Part shown: positions 41,496-50,577 of the stretch, piece after piece
Numbering within the stretch: position 1 is the first letter of the stretch
Layout of the letters: each line of letters starts with the position of its first letter
Source of the DNA: an uncultured delta proteobacterium
Lineage (GTDB): Bacteria > Desulfobacterota > Binatia > Binatales > Binataceae
Assembly: GCA_963711565.1 (NCBI GenBank)
Contig: CAVQEQ010000001.1
Span: forward strand, 544,001 to 608,000
DNA: 64,000 nt
Direction: 5' to 3'
Translations under genes and position numbers: made by a program
Notes under the pieces: generated by a model
What the model was told of the DNA's origin: nothing
Seen by the model: only the letters and a program-made list of their open reading frames with translations
Database searches by the model: none

Positions 41496-41645
41496 TCAGA
41501 GACCGCCGCGACCGACCAGCAGCCAGACCACTACTATCACCAGTAACAGTGGGACCAGGCCTCCAGCCGCGCCATAGTTGCTGTAGCCGTAGTAGCCGCC
41601 GCCGCCGCCGAACAACAAAATCAATACAATGATTAGTAGTAACAT
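41496..41645 (-). CDS. 49-aa DUF3309-like membrane microprotein (not in ORF track)
   Basis: MLLLIIVLILLFGGGGGYYGYSNYGAAGGLVPLLLVIVVVWLLVGRGGL; AAAGGAG SD. Confidence 0.8.
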   Translation of the reverse strand: MLLLIIVLILLFGGGGGYYGYSNYGAAGGLVPLLLVIVVVWLLVGRGGL

Positions 41646-41683
41646 GACATTCTCCTTTATCTATTTCTTGATCGCGCCAACAC

Positions 41684-41839
41684 TCAGACGTGCAGGCCAC
41701 CGTTGACTAGCCAGACAACCAGTATGACCATCAGCACCAGCATCAACAGGCCGCCCGGATCTCTGGCGCCATGATGGTAGGTCCGGTAACCGCCACCGCC
41801 GCCGAATAGAAGCAGCAGGATAATAAGAATCAACAGCAT
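41684..41839 (-). CDS. 51-aa DUF3309-like membrane microprotein (not in ORF track)
   Basis: MLLILIILLLLFGGGGGYRTYHHGARDPGGLLMLVLMVILVVWLVNGGLHV; GGGAGG SD. Confidence 0.8.
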   Translation of the reverse strand: MLLILIILLLLFGGGGGYRTYHHGARDPGGLLMLVLMVILVVWLVNGGLHV

Positions 41840-41873
41840 CGTTTTTGCCTCCCTGAACTCGACCGGCCGCCTG

Positions 41874-42275
41874 CTAATGCCACTTCAGTTGATCGTCCAC
41901 GCCGGTGACGCCCTGTGCGGCCGCCGCGATTTCACCGGCATGCTTTGCGGCCTGGGCAGACTTAACCACCCCGCTCAACAGGATCTTGCCGTGATCGCAA
42001 TCGACGGCGACGATGTAACCGTCGGCGACACCGTCATGGGCCAGCGCGCTCTTGACTTCGGTAATCAGCAGATCGTCATTCGCGCGCTCAGCCGGGGAGT
42101 TGTAATGATGCTGCGCCTGCACCTTTACACTGTCGTTCTCGTGGGACACGGAGTTCGCGGAGTCGGCAGTGGCCGGGTCGGCGCGCACGTTGGAAGCCAT
42201 CAATCCGCCGCCAACCAATAGCGCGATCGCCAATGCCGGCACGGCTGTTATTTTTCGATTACGCATATTTCGCAT
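41874..42275 (-). CDS. Exported BON-domain protein (OsmY-like)
   Basis: Signal peptide; DDLLITEVKSAL...IVAVDCDHGKILLSGVV...AQGVTGVDDQL. Confidence 0.85.
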   Translation of the reverse strand: MRNMRNRKITAVPALAIALLVGGGLMASNVRADPATADSANSVSHENDSVKVQAQHHYNSPAERANDDLLITEVKSALAHDGVADGYIVAVDCDHGKILLSGVVKSAQAAKHAGEIAAAAQGVTGVDDQLKWH

Positions 42276-42300
42276 CGTGGAATTCTCTAAAGGTCGCGAA

Positions 42301-42588
42301 TCAGTTGCTTGGCGTCACGGTCGTGGATTCGCTGTGATTGGAACTCGAGCTATCGACGGTCCCGCCCGTGCTCGACTCGCTCGAATCGCGCGACTTGTCG
42401 ATCGACGTGCTGCTGGTCGTAGTTGGCGGAATCACCTGCACCGGCGGCGCCACTACTACCTGAGCCGGCGCCGCGGCGGGCACATAGGTGGTGGAATCGA
42501 CTTCCTTGGTGGTACTGCCGCATCCGGCGACGCAGGCTAAGGCCGCAATACCTACCACACTGATAGCAATTCGTTGGATTGAGTTCAT
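42301..42588 (-). CDS. Small Ser/Thr-rich lipoprotein
   Basis: Lipobox VAGC; disordered S/T-rich tail; GAGGAGG SD. Confidence 0.7.
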   Translation of the reverse strand: MNSIQRIAISVVGIAALACVAGCGSTTKEVDSTTYVPAAAPAQVVVAPPVQVIPPTTTSSTSIDKSRDSSESSTGGTVDSSSSNHSESTTVTPSN

Positions 42589-42668
42589 TTCTTTAGTCCT
42601 CCTCGGACTTTGGGTTCCAGGTCGGTTGAGTAATGGCGCGATATGCTCTGGCCGTATCGCGCCGACAA

Positions 42669-43658
42669 TTATTTCTTCGCTTCCCGCACTCCGCCCTCGT
42701 GCCCGCCGCCCTCATGGCTAGCACTCGACTGCTTTTGCCGTTCAGGCTGCTGACGCGACGAATGCTGCTCGTGACTCGCCGGCTGATGCTCGGCCCGCTG
42801 CTGTTCCGGACGCGCCTGTTTCTGATGCGAGGCCGCTTGCTCACGATGCGACACTTGCTGCTCGTTGCGCGCGGTCTTCTGCGCCTTCTGAGTAGTCGCC
42901 TTCTCGTTGCGAGTAGCCTGCTGGCGATCGCTCTTCTGCGTCTGCGCTTCGCGTGACGCTTCCTGCTTGCTGCTCGCCTCGTTGCGCTGATTGGTAACCG
43001 CCTTCTCGTTGACTGCCGCCTTCTCGTTCACCTGCTTCTGCTGATTGGAAGCCTGCACCTGGCGGGTCTGCACGCTACCTTCGTTCTCGGTCCGCATCAC
43101 GGCCCGTGAATCGTTTGGCTCCGTGTGATTTGCCCAGTTGCTATGCTGACTGAGCCAGTTGGGATGATTGGCGGAAACCCAGCTTGGATTCTGGTTGTAC
43201 CACCATTCGCCATAGTGCCAGTTGTGTTGCGCGTCGTAGGCGCCGTCCTGGCTGAGCCACTGCGGATCCCACGATACCCAGTTCGGATGATTGGCGTAGA
43301 AAAAATCCGGATCATTCTGATGCCACCAGTAGGCATTCTGCCAGGTGCCATTGCTCTCGTAGTCGCCGTCCTGGTTGAGCCACAGCGCGTCCATCACGGC
43401 CCATTCCGGATGATTCTGGTAGAACCACATGATGTCGTGCTGATGCCACCATCGTGCGCCGCGCCAGGTGTGACTATTGTCGTATGCGCCCCAGCCGGCT
43501 TCTCCGGGTCCGCCGTAGTAGCCCGGGCCGTCATAGCCGGGCCCCGGCCCTGGACCGTATTGCGCGAACGACGGCGCTGCCATCCCGAGCGCCATCAGAG
43601 CGCCTGACAAGGCAATCGTCTTCTTAAGTCTATTTTTCAATTTTATTTTCACGAGCAA
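42669..43658 (-). CDS. Exported protein with three 41-aa Trp/Asn/His-rich repeats and a Gln/Lys/Glu-rich disordered tail
   Basis: Signal peptide ending SFAQ; repeats GxYxxxxxWxxxxWWxxxxxx[WF]xxxNHPxW. Confidence 0.75.
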   Translation of the reverse strand: MLVKIKLKNRLKKTIALSGALMALGMAAPSFAQYGPGPGPGYDGPGYYGGPGEAGWGAYDNSHTWRGARWWHQHDIMWFYQNHPEWAVMDALWLNQDGDYESNGTWQNAYWWHQNDPDFFYANHPNWVSWDPQWLSQDGAYDAQHNWHYGEWWYNQNPSWVSANHPNWLSQHSNWANHTEPNDSRAVMRTENEGSVQTRQVQASNQQKQVNEKAAVNEKAVTNQRNEASSKQEASREAQTQKSDRQQATRNEKATTQKAQKTARNEQQVSHREQAASHQKQARPEQQRAEHQPASHEQHSSRQQPERQKQSSASHEGGGHEGGVREAKK

Positions 43659-43912
43659 TCATTTCCGTAAGACTCGGTCGTCTCGCGCGGACCTCATTCA
43701 AGCCTTGGAGCTGCCGATTTAACGATGGTCTAGCGAAACGTGGTCGAAGGCGTGCGGAAAGACCACTGTCGAACTGGATCAAGGCCGGACTCGAATCCTA
43801 TATCGATTCCGACTGATATGACTATAAGTCTAGTATTCTCGAATAGCCAATCCAGTAACGTAAATGCGGTACTTGAGAGCACCAAATGATACATACTTGG
43901 CGCCTTTGTACT

Positions 43913-45787
43913 TCATGTACTTTCGCGCTCGAGACCGAGCCGATCTGTCTCGCCGGTCGCCGTCCCGCTGTCAATCAATGGGCGGCCGTTTCTGCTCTGC
44001 GACGACAGCGAAACCGAACGCTTGAGAACGCACAGCCGTACCGCGTGACGCACCTCGCCTCTGCTGGCGCAGATTTCCGTGGCTCCGGCATTCAGCAGCT
44101 CCTCGCGCTCCACCAACGCGGACGGGCCGCCGCCGACTATAGTCAAGTGCGGCGATGCCGCCATCAGCGCGCTCACCAGTTCGATCGCGGCCGGCATGCA
44201 TTCCGTCGTGGTGCACGAGAGAAAGACCATGTCGGGTGCGTATTGGTTCACGAACGCGCAGATTTCCTCCTGCGACTTGTCCATCCCGAAAAAGTTCGCC
44301 GCGATCCCCGTCCGCCGCAGGAGTTCAAGCAGCATGATCAGCCCCAGGCTGTGACTCTCGCCCGGAGGCACGATACCCACGATACGCAGTCGGCCTCTCA
44401 ATCTCGGTTTGTTGAAGCGATCGCCGAGTTCCTTTACCAGCGCCGCGGTCGTCGCGAAAACGAGGCTCTGATTATCTTCACTGATATGATTTTCGAACCG
44501 CTCTTCGCCGGCCAGGATCACCGCCGGCACCAGCACCTCGTCGAAGGTCGGCTCGAGGCCGTGCTTGTCGCAATAGCTGATTGCGAGATTCCGCGCGCTC
44601 GACTGATCGAGCTCGAGCAGGCTGCGATAGTAGTCGTGATAATCCTCGCGCGCACTGTCGTCTCCGAACAGCACCGCAAAGAAGCCCAGCGCCGGAATAT
44701 AGTCGCCGGCGACCTTGAGGCAAGCGGTCAAAGAGGTGGCGATCAGCAATCCCGGCAGACCCCACAGCCATCCCCAGAACATCGCGGAAAACAACAGCCC
44801 GAGGGGCGACAAGCCAATTCCGCGACCGATCAGGAAAGGCTCGATCAAGTAGCCCACAATCTGATCGAGAAGCACGAACGCGGCGAAAACCTCGACCGAT
44901 TTGCTCCATCCGGGGAATACCGCGAAGGCCACGAACATCGGCAACAATGCCGCAAACGGAACGCCGACATACGGCACGAAACGAAACAACGCCGCCAGCG
45001 CTCCCCACAGAATCGGGTTCGGCAACCCGATCGCCCATATAGTCAGTCCAATAGCTACTCCGTATCCGAGATTAGTCAAAGCGAATAGCAACAGGTAATG
45101 GCCCACCGCTTCGCCCGCGGCGCCGATCGCCTCGGCCGAAAGCGTGACCCGCCCGCGTGCCCCAAGCCGCACCAGCCGATCGCGCAAGTCGGCCCGGCCA
45201 TACAGCAGAAAGAACATCAGCACTATGACCAACAGCGCTTCAAACAGCCCCGACAGTATCGGCATCACCGGCTTGACGGCCTGCGCCAGGTACGACGGCG
45301 CCGCCGCCGGAGCCTCAATCACCCGCGCCGCTTTCGCCGGCTTGGGTTGTGGCGTTACGTCGTTGATCTGCTGCTCAACGTCCTTGATCCCGTACTGCAC
45401 CCGCTTCATCCACTCGGGCGTGCTGCCCTCCAGCGCGGTCAGTTTCGTCGCGATATTGTCGGTGTATCCGGTAACTTGAACTGCGACCGAGGTAAGCTCG
45501 ACCGTTACGAAATAGCCAATCCCCACGACAATCGTAACCGCCACAACCACCACCAGCGCCGCGCTGACAAAGCTTCCAACAAAACGCTCGAGCCGGCTGG
45601 CGATGGGACTGAAGATGACGGCCAGCAGCGCCGCCATCGTCAATGGCATCAAAATGTCTTTCGCGAAATAAAGAACCGCCGTCGCGAGGATTACCGCGAC
45701 AATCGGCCCCGCGGCACTCCCGCCCTCGAGCTCTTCATTGCGCTCGTGCTCGACACTGAGCGGAGCCGTCGTCGCGAGTTTTTCCAC
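43913..45787 (-). CDS. AI-2E (PerM) family transporter with C-terminal B12-binding-like domain
   Basis: LRDRL, GLPNPILWG..FVPYVG, IEPFLIG..GLSP, WGWLWG.PG; C-terminal DEVLVPA cap and PGESHSLG..APDMVFLS. Confidence 0.85.
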   Translation of the reverse strand: MEKLATTAPLSVEHERNEELEGGSAAGPIVAVILATAVLYFAKDILMPLTMAALLAVIFSPIASRLERFVGSFVSAALVVVVAVTIVVGIGYFVTVELTSVAVQVTGYTDNIATKLTALEGSTPEWMKRVQYGIKDVEQQINDVTPQPKPAKAARVIEAPAAAPSYLAQAVKPVMPILSGLFEALLVIVLMFFLLYGRADLRDRLVRLGARGRVTLSAEAIGAAGEAVGHYLLLFALTNLGYGVAIGLTIWAIGLPNPILWGALAALFRFVPYVGVPFAALLPMFVAFAVFPGWSKSVEVFAAFVLLDQIVGYLIEPFLIGRGIGLSPLGLLFSAMFWGWLWGLPGLLIATSLTACLKVAGDYIPALGFFAVLFGDDSAREDYHDYYRSLLELDQSSARNLAISYCDKHGLEPTFDEVLVPAVILAGEERFENHISEDNQSLVFATTAALVKELGDRFNKPRLRGRLRIVGIVPPGESHSLGLIMLLELLRRTGIAANFFGMDKSQEEICAFVNQYAPDMVFLSCTTTECMPAAIELVSALMAASPHLTIVGGGPSALVEREELLNAGATEICASRGEVRHAVRLCVLKRSVSLSSQSRNGRPLIDSGTATGETDRLGLEREST

Positions 45788-45800
45788 GGCGGGTCTCAGG

Positions 45801-46025
45801 TCAGCGTCTCTGATACAGACCGCCCGCCATCAGAACCAGCCCCACGATCAGCGCCGACCCACCGAGTATGGGCGGTATCGCGTGCGAGGTTTCCTCATTT
45901 GCTTGAATCTTCAAATCGCCCAGCGTGGCGACGTTCTTCGTCTGATTGGTCGTGAATTCCGGCACCGCCAGCGCGAGCGCCCCAAGCAACGCGACAATCG
46001 CGCCAATCATTAGTAAAGGTTTCAT
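45801..46025 (-). CDS. Small two-TM membrane protein (DUF3185-like)
   Basis: TM - TTNQTKNVATLGDLKIQANEE loop - IPPILGG TM. Confidence 0.7.
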   Translation of the reverse strand: MKPLLMIGAIVALLGALALAVPEFTTNQTKNVATLGDLKIQANEETSHAIPPILGGSALIVGLVLMAGGLYQRR

Positions 46026-46277
46026 TTTTTTCTACCTTGTCGGGAGATTCGAGCGGAACACTTCATGCAGATCCCGACAACTTGAAACTACAATTGGTAT
46101 TTCAGAATGTCAAAATTTATGGTCCAGTTAACATAAATGAAGTGCTGAAGAGAACATATTAACTGGATATAGCCGATTACTCACTTACTATACTCGACGA
46201 TTACCCAGCGGCGATGGGAGACGTTGCCAAACCTCGATCTTGCCGCTTCAGCGATAGTGGGCAACCATATTTCCGCA

Positions 46278-47153
46278 ATGCCCACGCGCGATCATCGCTT
46301 CACCGTCTCGTCGCGATCCGAACTGCTGCCATATCTGCTTACCTTGCCGCTCGGACTCTCGCGCAAACAGGCAAAGGATCTTCTGCGCTTCCGCGCGGTC
46401 ACCGTGACTCGCGTCCATGCTGTCAGGCACGACACGCAATTGGAGTCGGGCGACGTTGTGACTATCGCGGCGGGCAAGCAGGTCCCGGCCGCGTCGCTCG
46501 AGCGTCACGGCTTGAAGATTGTCTATCTCGACGATCACATCGTCGTCATCGACAAGCGCGCGGGTCTCCTGTCGATGGGCTCGGAGGGCGAGAAGGAACG
46601 CACCGCCCATCGGATTCTCAACGATCATCTGAAAGCGCTCACCAGCTCGCCGTCGCAGCAGGTCTTCATCGTGCATCGCCTCGATCGCGAGACCTCCGGC
46701 CTGATGATCTTCGCAAGGAGCCGCGCCATCCAGGCGACTCTTCAGGAGAACTGGAAGCGCATCACCAAGAAATACCTCGCCATCGTCGAAGGCGTACCCG
46801 CGAACACCGAAGGGACGCTCCGCGACAACCTGGTCGAGAGCAAGTCGCTCAGGATGCATCGCGTCGATCGCGGCGGCGAGTTGGCGATCACGCACTACCG
46901 CGTCCTGCGAAAGGGTCGGGACAAATCCCTGCTCGAGCTGACGCTCGAAACCGGCCGCAAGAACCAGATTCGCGTGCAGCTCGCCGGCCTGGGACACCCT
47001 GTCGTCGGCGACCGCAAGTACGGCGCTGAAACTGATCCAGCGCGCCGCCTCGCACTCCATTCATGCGAGCTAACCTTTAACCATCCCGTGTCCGCCGCCC
47101 CAATGAACTTCCACAGCCGAATGCCCACCCGCCTTATAGAGACCCTCGCATAA
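46278..47153 (+). CDS. RluA-family pseudouridine synthase
   Basis: IVHRLDRETSG catalytic Asp, ETGRKNQIRV, GHPVVGDRKYG, LALH. Confidence 0.92.
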   Translation: MPTRDHRFTVSSRSELLPYLLTLPLGLSRKQAKDLLRFRAVTVTRVHAVRHDTQLESGDVVTIAAGKQVPAASLERHGLKIVYLDDHIVVIDKRAGLLSMGSEGEKERTAHRILNDHLKALTSSPSQQVFIVHRLDRETSGLMIFARSRAIQATLQENWKRITKKYLAIVEGVPANTEGTLRDNLVESKSLRMHRVDRGGELAITHYRVLRKGRDKSLLELTLETGRKNQIRVQLAGLGHPVVGDRKYGAETDPARRLALHSCELTFNHPVSAAPMNFHSRMPTRLIETLA

Positions 47154-47165
47154 CTCCGCGATTGT

Positions 47166-47200
47166 CCCCCTTCCCTCGAGGGAAGGGGTTAGCGGTTAGG
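47166..47200 (+). repeat. REP-like palindrome family A, copy 1
   Basis: CCCCTTCCC-TCGA-GGGAAGGGG-TTAGCGGTTAGG; related copies at 49628, 49694, 49920, 53875, 53977. Confidence 0.75.
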
Positions 47201-47269
47201 TTGACCGCGATGCTCGACCCGCGCGGGCGGGATTGAGATTCAGCCTGCCGCAGGTTCAGTATAGAAATC

Positions 47270-48157
47270 ATGGCGGCAACGTCGCTGGAACAGTTCCTCG
47301 AAAAGTACCGCGACACAATTGATCGCCTGCATTCCCTTAGCAACGCCGCTGCGTGGCGCGTCTCACGAACGTCTTTCGCCGCCGCGTTGTGGCGCAGCTT
47401 CGATCGCCGCTTCGGTGCCGATTCGAACGCCGTCACGCGCGCGGAAGCCGTGCGCTTTCTCGACTCTCTGCATGCCGCCGATCTCGCGCTCGCCATCGGA
47501 TGCCGCGACGGCGACGCCAGTGCCTGGCGTCATCTCGTCTCGACCTATCGCGCGCCCATCGACGCGTTCGCACGGGCCGTCCTCGGCAACTCCTCGCGCG
47601 CGAGCGAGATCGCCGATTCGTTGTGGGCCGACCTCTACGGTTTGCGCTCATCCGACGGCGCGCGCCGCTCTCCCCTCGAGCATTACGGCGGCCGTAGCTC
47701 GCTGACGTCGTGGCTCCGCGTCGTCGTCACCCGGCTCGAAGCCGATCGATGGCGTGCGACGCGCCGCATGGAACCGCTGGACGAGGAGCGCGACGGCGGT
47801 TCCGGCTTGCTCGCCGACGGGACCGATTCGCCCGACCCCGATCGCGCACGGTTACTTGGCGCCCTCGAACGATCTCTCGCCGAAGCTTTGAACGCGCTGT
47901 CGCCGGACAACCGTCTGCGCCTCTCATATTATTATGTGCAGAATCTGACGCTCGCCCAGACCGCCGCTCTGCTCGGCGAGCATGAGTCGAGTGCGTCGCG
48001 CAATCTCGCCCGCGCCCGCACGGCGATTCGCGAGTGTGTCACCCGCACGCTGCGCCGCGAGTATCGCTTCAGTGACGATCAAATCAGCCAATGCTTCGAG
48101 TATGCGACCGGCGATTGGCCGTTCGACCTCGGCCGCATGCTCGCACTGGGAAAATGA
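47270..48157 (+). CDS. ECF-type sigma-70 factor with N-terminal extension
   Basis: ADLALAIGCRDGDASAW, YGGRSSLTSWLRVV (region 2); LSYYYVQNLTLAQTAALLG..ESSASRNLARAR (region 4 HTH). Confidence 0.82.
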   Translation: MAATSLEQFLEKYRDTIDRLHSLSNAAAWRVSRTSFAAALWRSFDRRFGADSNAVTRAEAVRFLDSLHAADLALAIGCRDGDASAWRHLVSTYRAPIDAFARAVLGNSSRASEIADSLWADLYGLRSSDGARRSPLEHYGGRSSLTSWLRVVVTRLEADRWRATRRMEPLDEERDGGSGLLADGTDSPDPDRARLLGALERSLAEALNALSPDNRLRLSYYYVQNLTLAQTAALLGEHESSASRNLARARTAIRECVTRTLRREYRFSDDQISQCFEYATGDWPFDLGRMLALGK

Positions 48158-49545
48158 TGCCCGACGACAAGACCCCGCACAGCCGCCTTGACGCGATGAT
48201 TCGCAGGAGTCTCGCATCCGGCCTCGACACCTCGGGCGCACAATGCCCCGACGCCGACCTGCTCGCAGCGTTCGCCGAAAACACGCTCGCCCCCGACGAG
48301 CGCACGAAATGGAATTCGCACATCGCCGGATGCGCGATATGCCAGCGCCAGCTTGCGGCGCTCGCCCGAGCCGGTGCGCTCGGCGCTACGCGTTCATCTG
48401 CTCCCCAAGTCGAAACCGTTGACGCCGAAGAGGCACGCCAGGAAGCCGGCGGTTTCTGGCCCGCAATTCGCAGCTTCGTACGATTCATGATCGGTCCGTT
48501 CCCGCTCTCGGTCGCCCTTCACGTCGCGCTGCTGCTCGTTCTGATCATCACCATCCACGAGCAGCGCGGGCGCGAGTTGATCATGGTGAACCTCGAAGCG
48601 GGCGGCGGCGGCGGTGGCGGCAACGAGATGCAGGATCTCGACATGCCCGAAGTGCCGATGCCCGACACGGCGCCGCAGCAGATGGAGCAGCCGACCGCAG
48701 TGGATACCTCGCAAGCCGTGGGCCTCGCCAGTGACTACGTCCGCGCAGCCGGCGGCGGCGGTATCGGCATCGGTCGCGGCGGCGGCATGGGCTCGGGCTA
48801 CGGCCACGGCATCGGCTCGGGCTTCGGCGGGTTCATCGGCGAGTTGCGCCGCAAAGGACTCGACGTGGTGCTGGTGATCGACGGCACCGGCTCGATGCGC
48901 CTGATCATCGACAACGTCAAAGCCAAGATGCAGCAGCTGACGCAGTCGATTCACCGGCTCGTGCCGATCGCCCGCATCGGAATAATCGTGTTCGGCGGCA
49001 AGGGTGAGAAGATGGATATCCAGCCGCTGACGCTATCGCCGCAGAAGCTGAGCACCTTCCTGGAAGGCATCCAGGCAAAGGGCGGCGGCGAATGGGAAGA
49101 GGACACGCTCGGCGCGGTCCAGACCGGGATCGACAAGATGGACTGGAAGCCATACGCCAAGAAGGTGGTGGTGCTGGTCGGCGACTCTCCCCCGCGCACG
49201 GAGGACTTTGCGCCGCTGCTCGCGCTGATCCGGCAGTTCAAAGCCAACAACGGGACGTTCAACACGGTGGACGTCGCGGCGGAGGAGCACGAGCGGTTCG
49301 AGCGCGAATTCTGGCTGAAGGTGCATCGAGAGGAGCCGCCGAAGATCTCGGCGTTGCCAGCGTTCTATCGACAGACTCAAGCCGCGTACAAAGTGCTCGC
49401 CACCGCTGGCGGCGGCTCGATGAAGTCGTTGAGCAAGGACGCGCACATCAACCAGCAGGTGCTAATCCTCGCCTTCGGCGACCAATGGCAATCGCAAGTC
49501 GCCGCCTTCGCCCGCGGCCTGAACAACACCAGCTCAGGTCCGTAG
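48154..49545 (+). CDS. Zinc anti-sigma (zf-HC2) - TM - Gly-rich linker - VWA domain protein
   Basis: CPDADLL...HIAGCAIC; TM SVALHVALLLVLII; DVVLVIDGTGSM MIDAS, GGGEWEE, VLVGDSPP; ATGA overlap with the sigma gene. Confidence 0.82.
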   Translation: MMPDDKTPHSRLDAMIRRSLASGLDTSGAQCPDADLLAAFAENTLAPDERTKWNSHIAGCAICQRQLAALARAGALGATRSSAPQVETVDAEEARQEAGGFWPAIRSFVRFMIGPFPLSVALHVALLLVLIITIHEQRGRELIMVNLEAGGGGGGGNEMQDLDMPEVPMPDTAPQQMEQPTAVDTSQAVGLASDYVRAAGGGGIGIGRGGGMGSGYGHGIGSGFGGFIGELRRKGLDVVLVIDGTGSMRLIIDNVKAKMQQLTQSIHRLVPIARIGIIVFGGKGEKMDIQPLTLSPQKLSTFLEGIQAKGGGEWEEDTLGAVQTGIDKMDWKPYAKKVVVLVGDSPPRTEDFAPLLALIRQFKANNGTFNTVDVAAEEHERFEREFWLKVHREEPPKISALPAFYRQTQAAYKVLATAGGGSMKSLSKDAHINQQVLILAFGDQWQSQVAAFARGLNNTSSGP

Positions 49546-49627
49546 CAACTGTCGGGCGCTTCTGTTTCCTCCTTCCATCGTGGAATGTCGACTGAGGGGT
49601 AGGACACAGCGCGGCAGAATCGCTGTT

Positions 49628-49731
49628 CCCCCTTTCCATCTGGAAAGGGGGCGAGGGGGATAGGACAGCCCGCACCGCATCGCTCTATTGCTTCCCCTTC
49701 CCCATTCCTGGGGAAGGGGCTAGGGGTTAGG
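49628..49731 (+). repeat. REP-like palindrome family A, copies 2 and 3
   Basis: CCCCTTTCCA-TC-TGGAAAGGGG..GGGGATAGG and CCCCTTCCCCA-TTCC-TGGGGAAGGGG-CTAGGGGTTAGG. Confidence 0.75.
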
Positions 49732-49740
49732 GCTCTGCCA

Positions 49741-49770
49741 GAAGTGGCACTGGCTTCAGCCAGTGATTCT
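49741..49770. repeat. REP-like palindrome family B, copy 1
   Basis: GAAGTGGCACTGGCTTCAGCCAGTGATTCT; second copy at 56209-56238 with a compensatory base-pair change. Confidence 0.75.
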
Positions 49771-49801
49771 CTGCTTCGGCCGAAATCCTGTCCGCACACA
49801 G

Positions 49802-50185
49802 CGATGACTTCGTCACACAGACCGACGGTTCAGGACGAGGTAGCGCTACAACGGAGCGCAATGCTAGCACAATCAGGAATCACTGGATGCAGGGGTCACC
49901 CCTGCCTCTTAATCTTGCTCCCCTTCCCGCGAGGACCGAAAAAAGGGGCCGGGGGTTAGGTTCTTGATGAGCGTGCAAACAAACGGTCAGCGACGATTCA
50001 CGGTGCTCGAGCTGCCGTTGTTGGAGATGCCGACCAGCTCGTCGGCGCAGTCATAGCCGTAGTTAAAGGCCGCTTGGGACGCTGGCGTCATGGTGCTAAT
50101 CGCGCTCGCGACAACCGCCCTCGCCGGCCCGGCCCTCGCCTACAAGGCAATAGTAATGGACCAGCCCCAGGCCGACCCAGCCGCC
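49802..50185 (+). pseudogene. Internally deleted duplicate of 52887-53807 (upstream region plus both ends of the membrane-protein gene)
   Basis: Near-identical blocks 49802-49905/52887-52997, 49970-50017/53013-53060 and 50089-50185/53711-53807. Confidence 0.88.
50008..50091 (-). pseudogene. Isolated Rhs/YD-repeat fragment
   Basis: Minus-strand translation MTPASQAAFNYGYDCADELVGISNNGSS fits the YD pattern xxYxYDxxxxLxxI. Confidence 0.6.
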
Positions 50186-50190
50186 GTCTT

Positions 50191-50577
50191 CTAACCCGGG
50201 CTCCTCTGATGCCAGCGATGATACACACTATAAGCCGCTCCTACGCAGATCAGTACGACAGGGGTGAGTGTCGAGAAAAGCACGAAGCCCAGGCGAGTCT
50301 CCAGGTCCGGAATCCACGACGTCAAAAGTTCAGAACATGAGAGGATGACGAGCGCTAACGCAATGGACATCGCAGTAACAAACGCTCCCCACTCATCCGG
50401 AAAATAAGAACGAAAGAAGGTGGGCAGAGCCGCAGAAAGTATGAGACCTGCCGTGTACTCCGCCTCGATGAGTCCCGTCAAAGTCGAAACCGTTAAGCCT
50501 ATCAACAGGCCCACAAGGCCGAGATAGAACTCGAGCCAAAGCGGAAAACGCCCCTTATGGTTCAGTTTGCGACTCAA
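50191..50577 (-). CDS. Putative immunity protein, four TM helices
   Basis: Overlaps the stop of the toxin-like ORF; TTG start downstream of AAGGAG; strongly hydrophobic; atypical codon usage. Confidence 0.6.
   Translation of the reverse strand: MSRKLNHKGRFPLWLEFYLGLVGLLIGLTVSTLTGLIEAEYTAGLILSAALPTFFRSYFPDEWGAFVTAMSIALALVILSCSELLTSWIPDLETRLGFVLFSTLTPVVLICVGAAYSVYHRWHQRSPG

Noticed and set aside
49628-49960. CRISPR array
   Set aside because: Repeats are degenerate, irregularly spaced and there are no cas genes; REP-like instead
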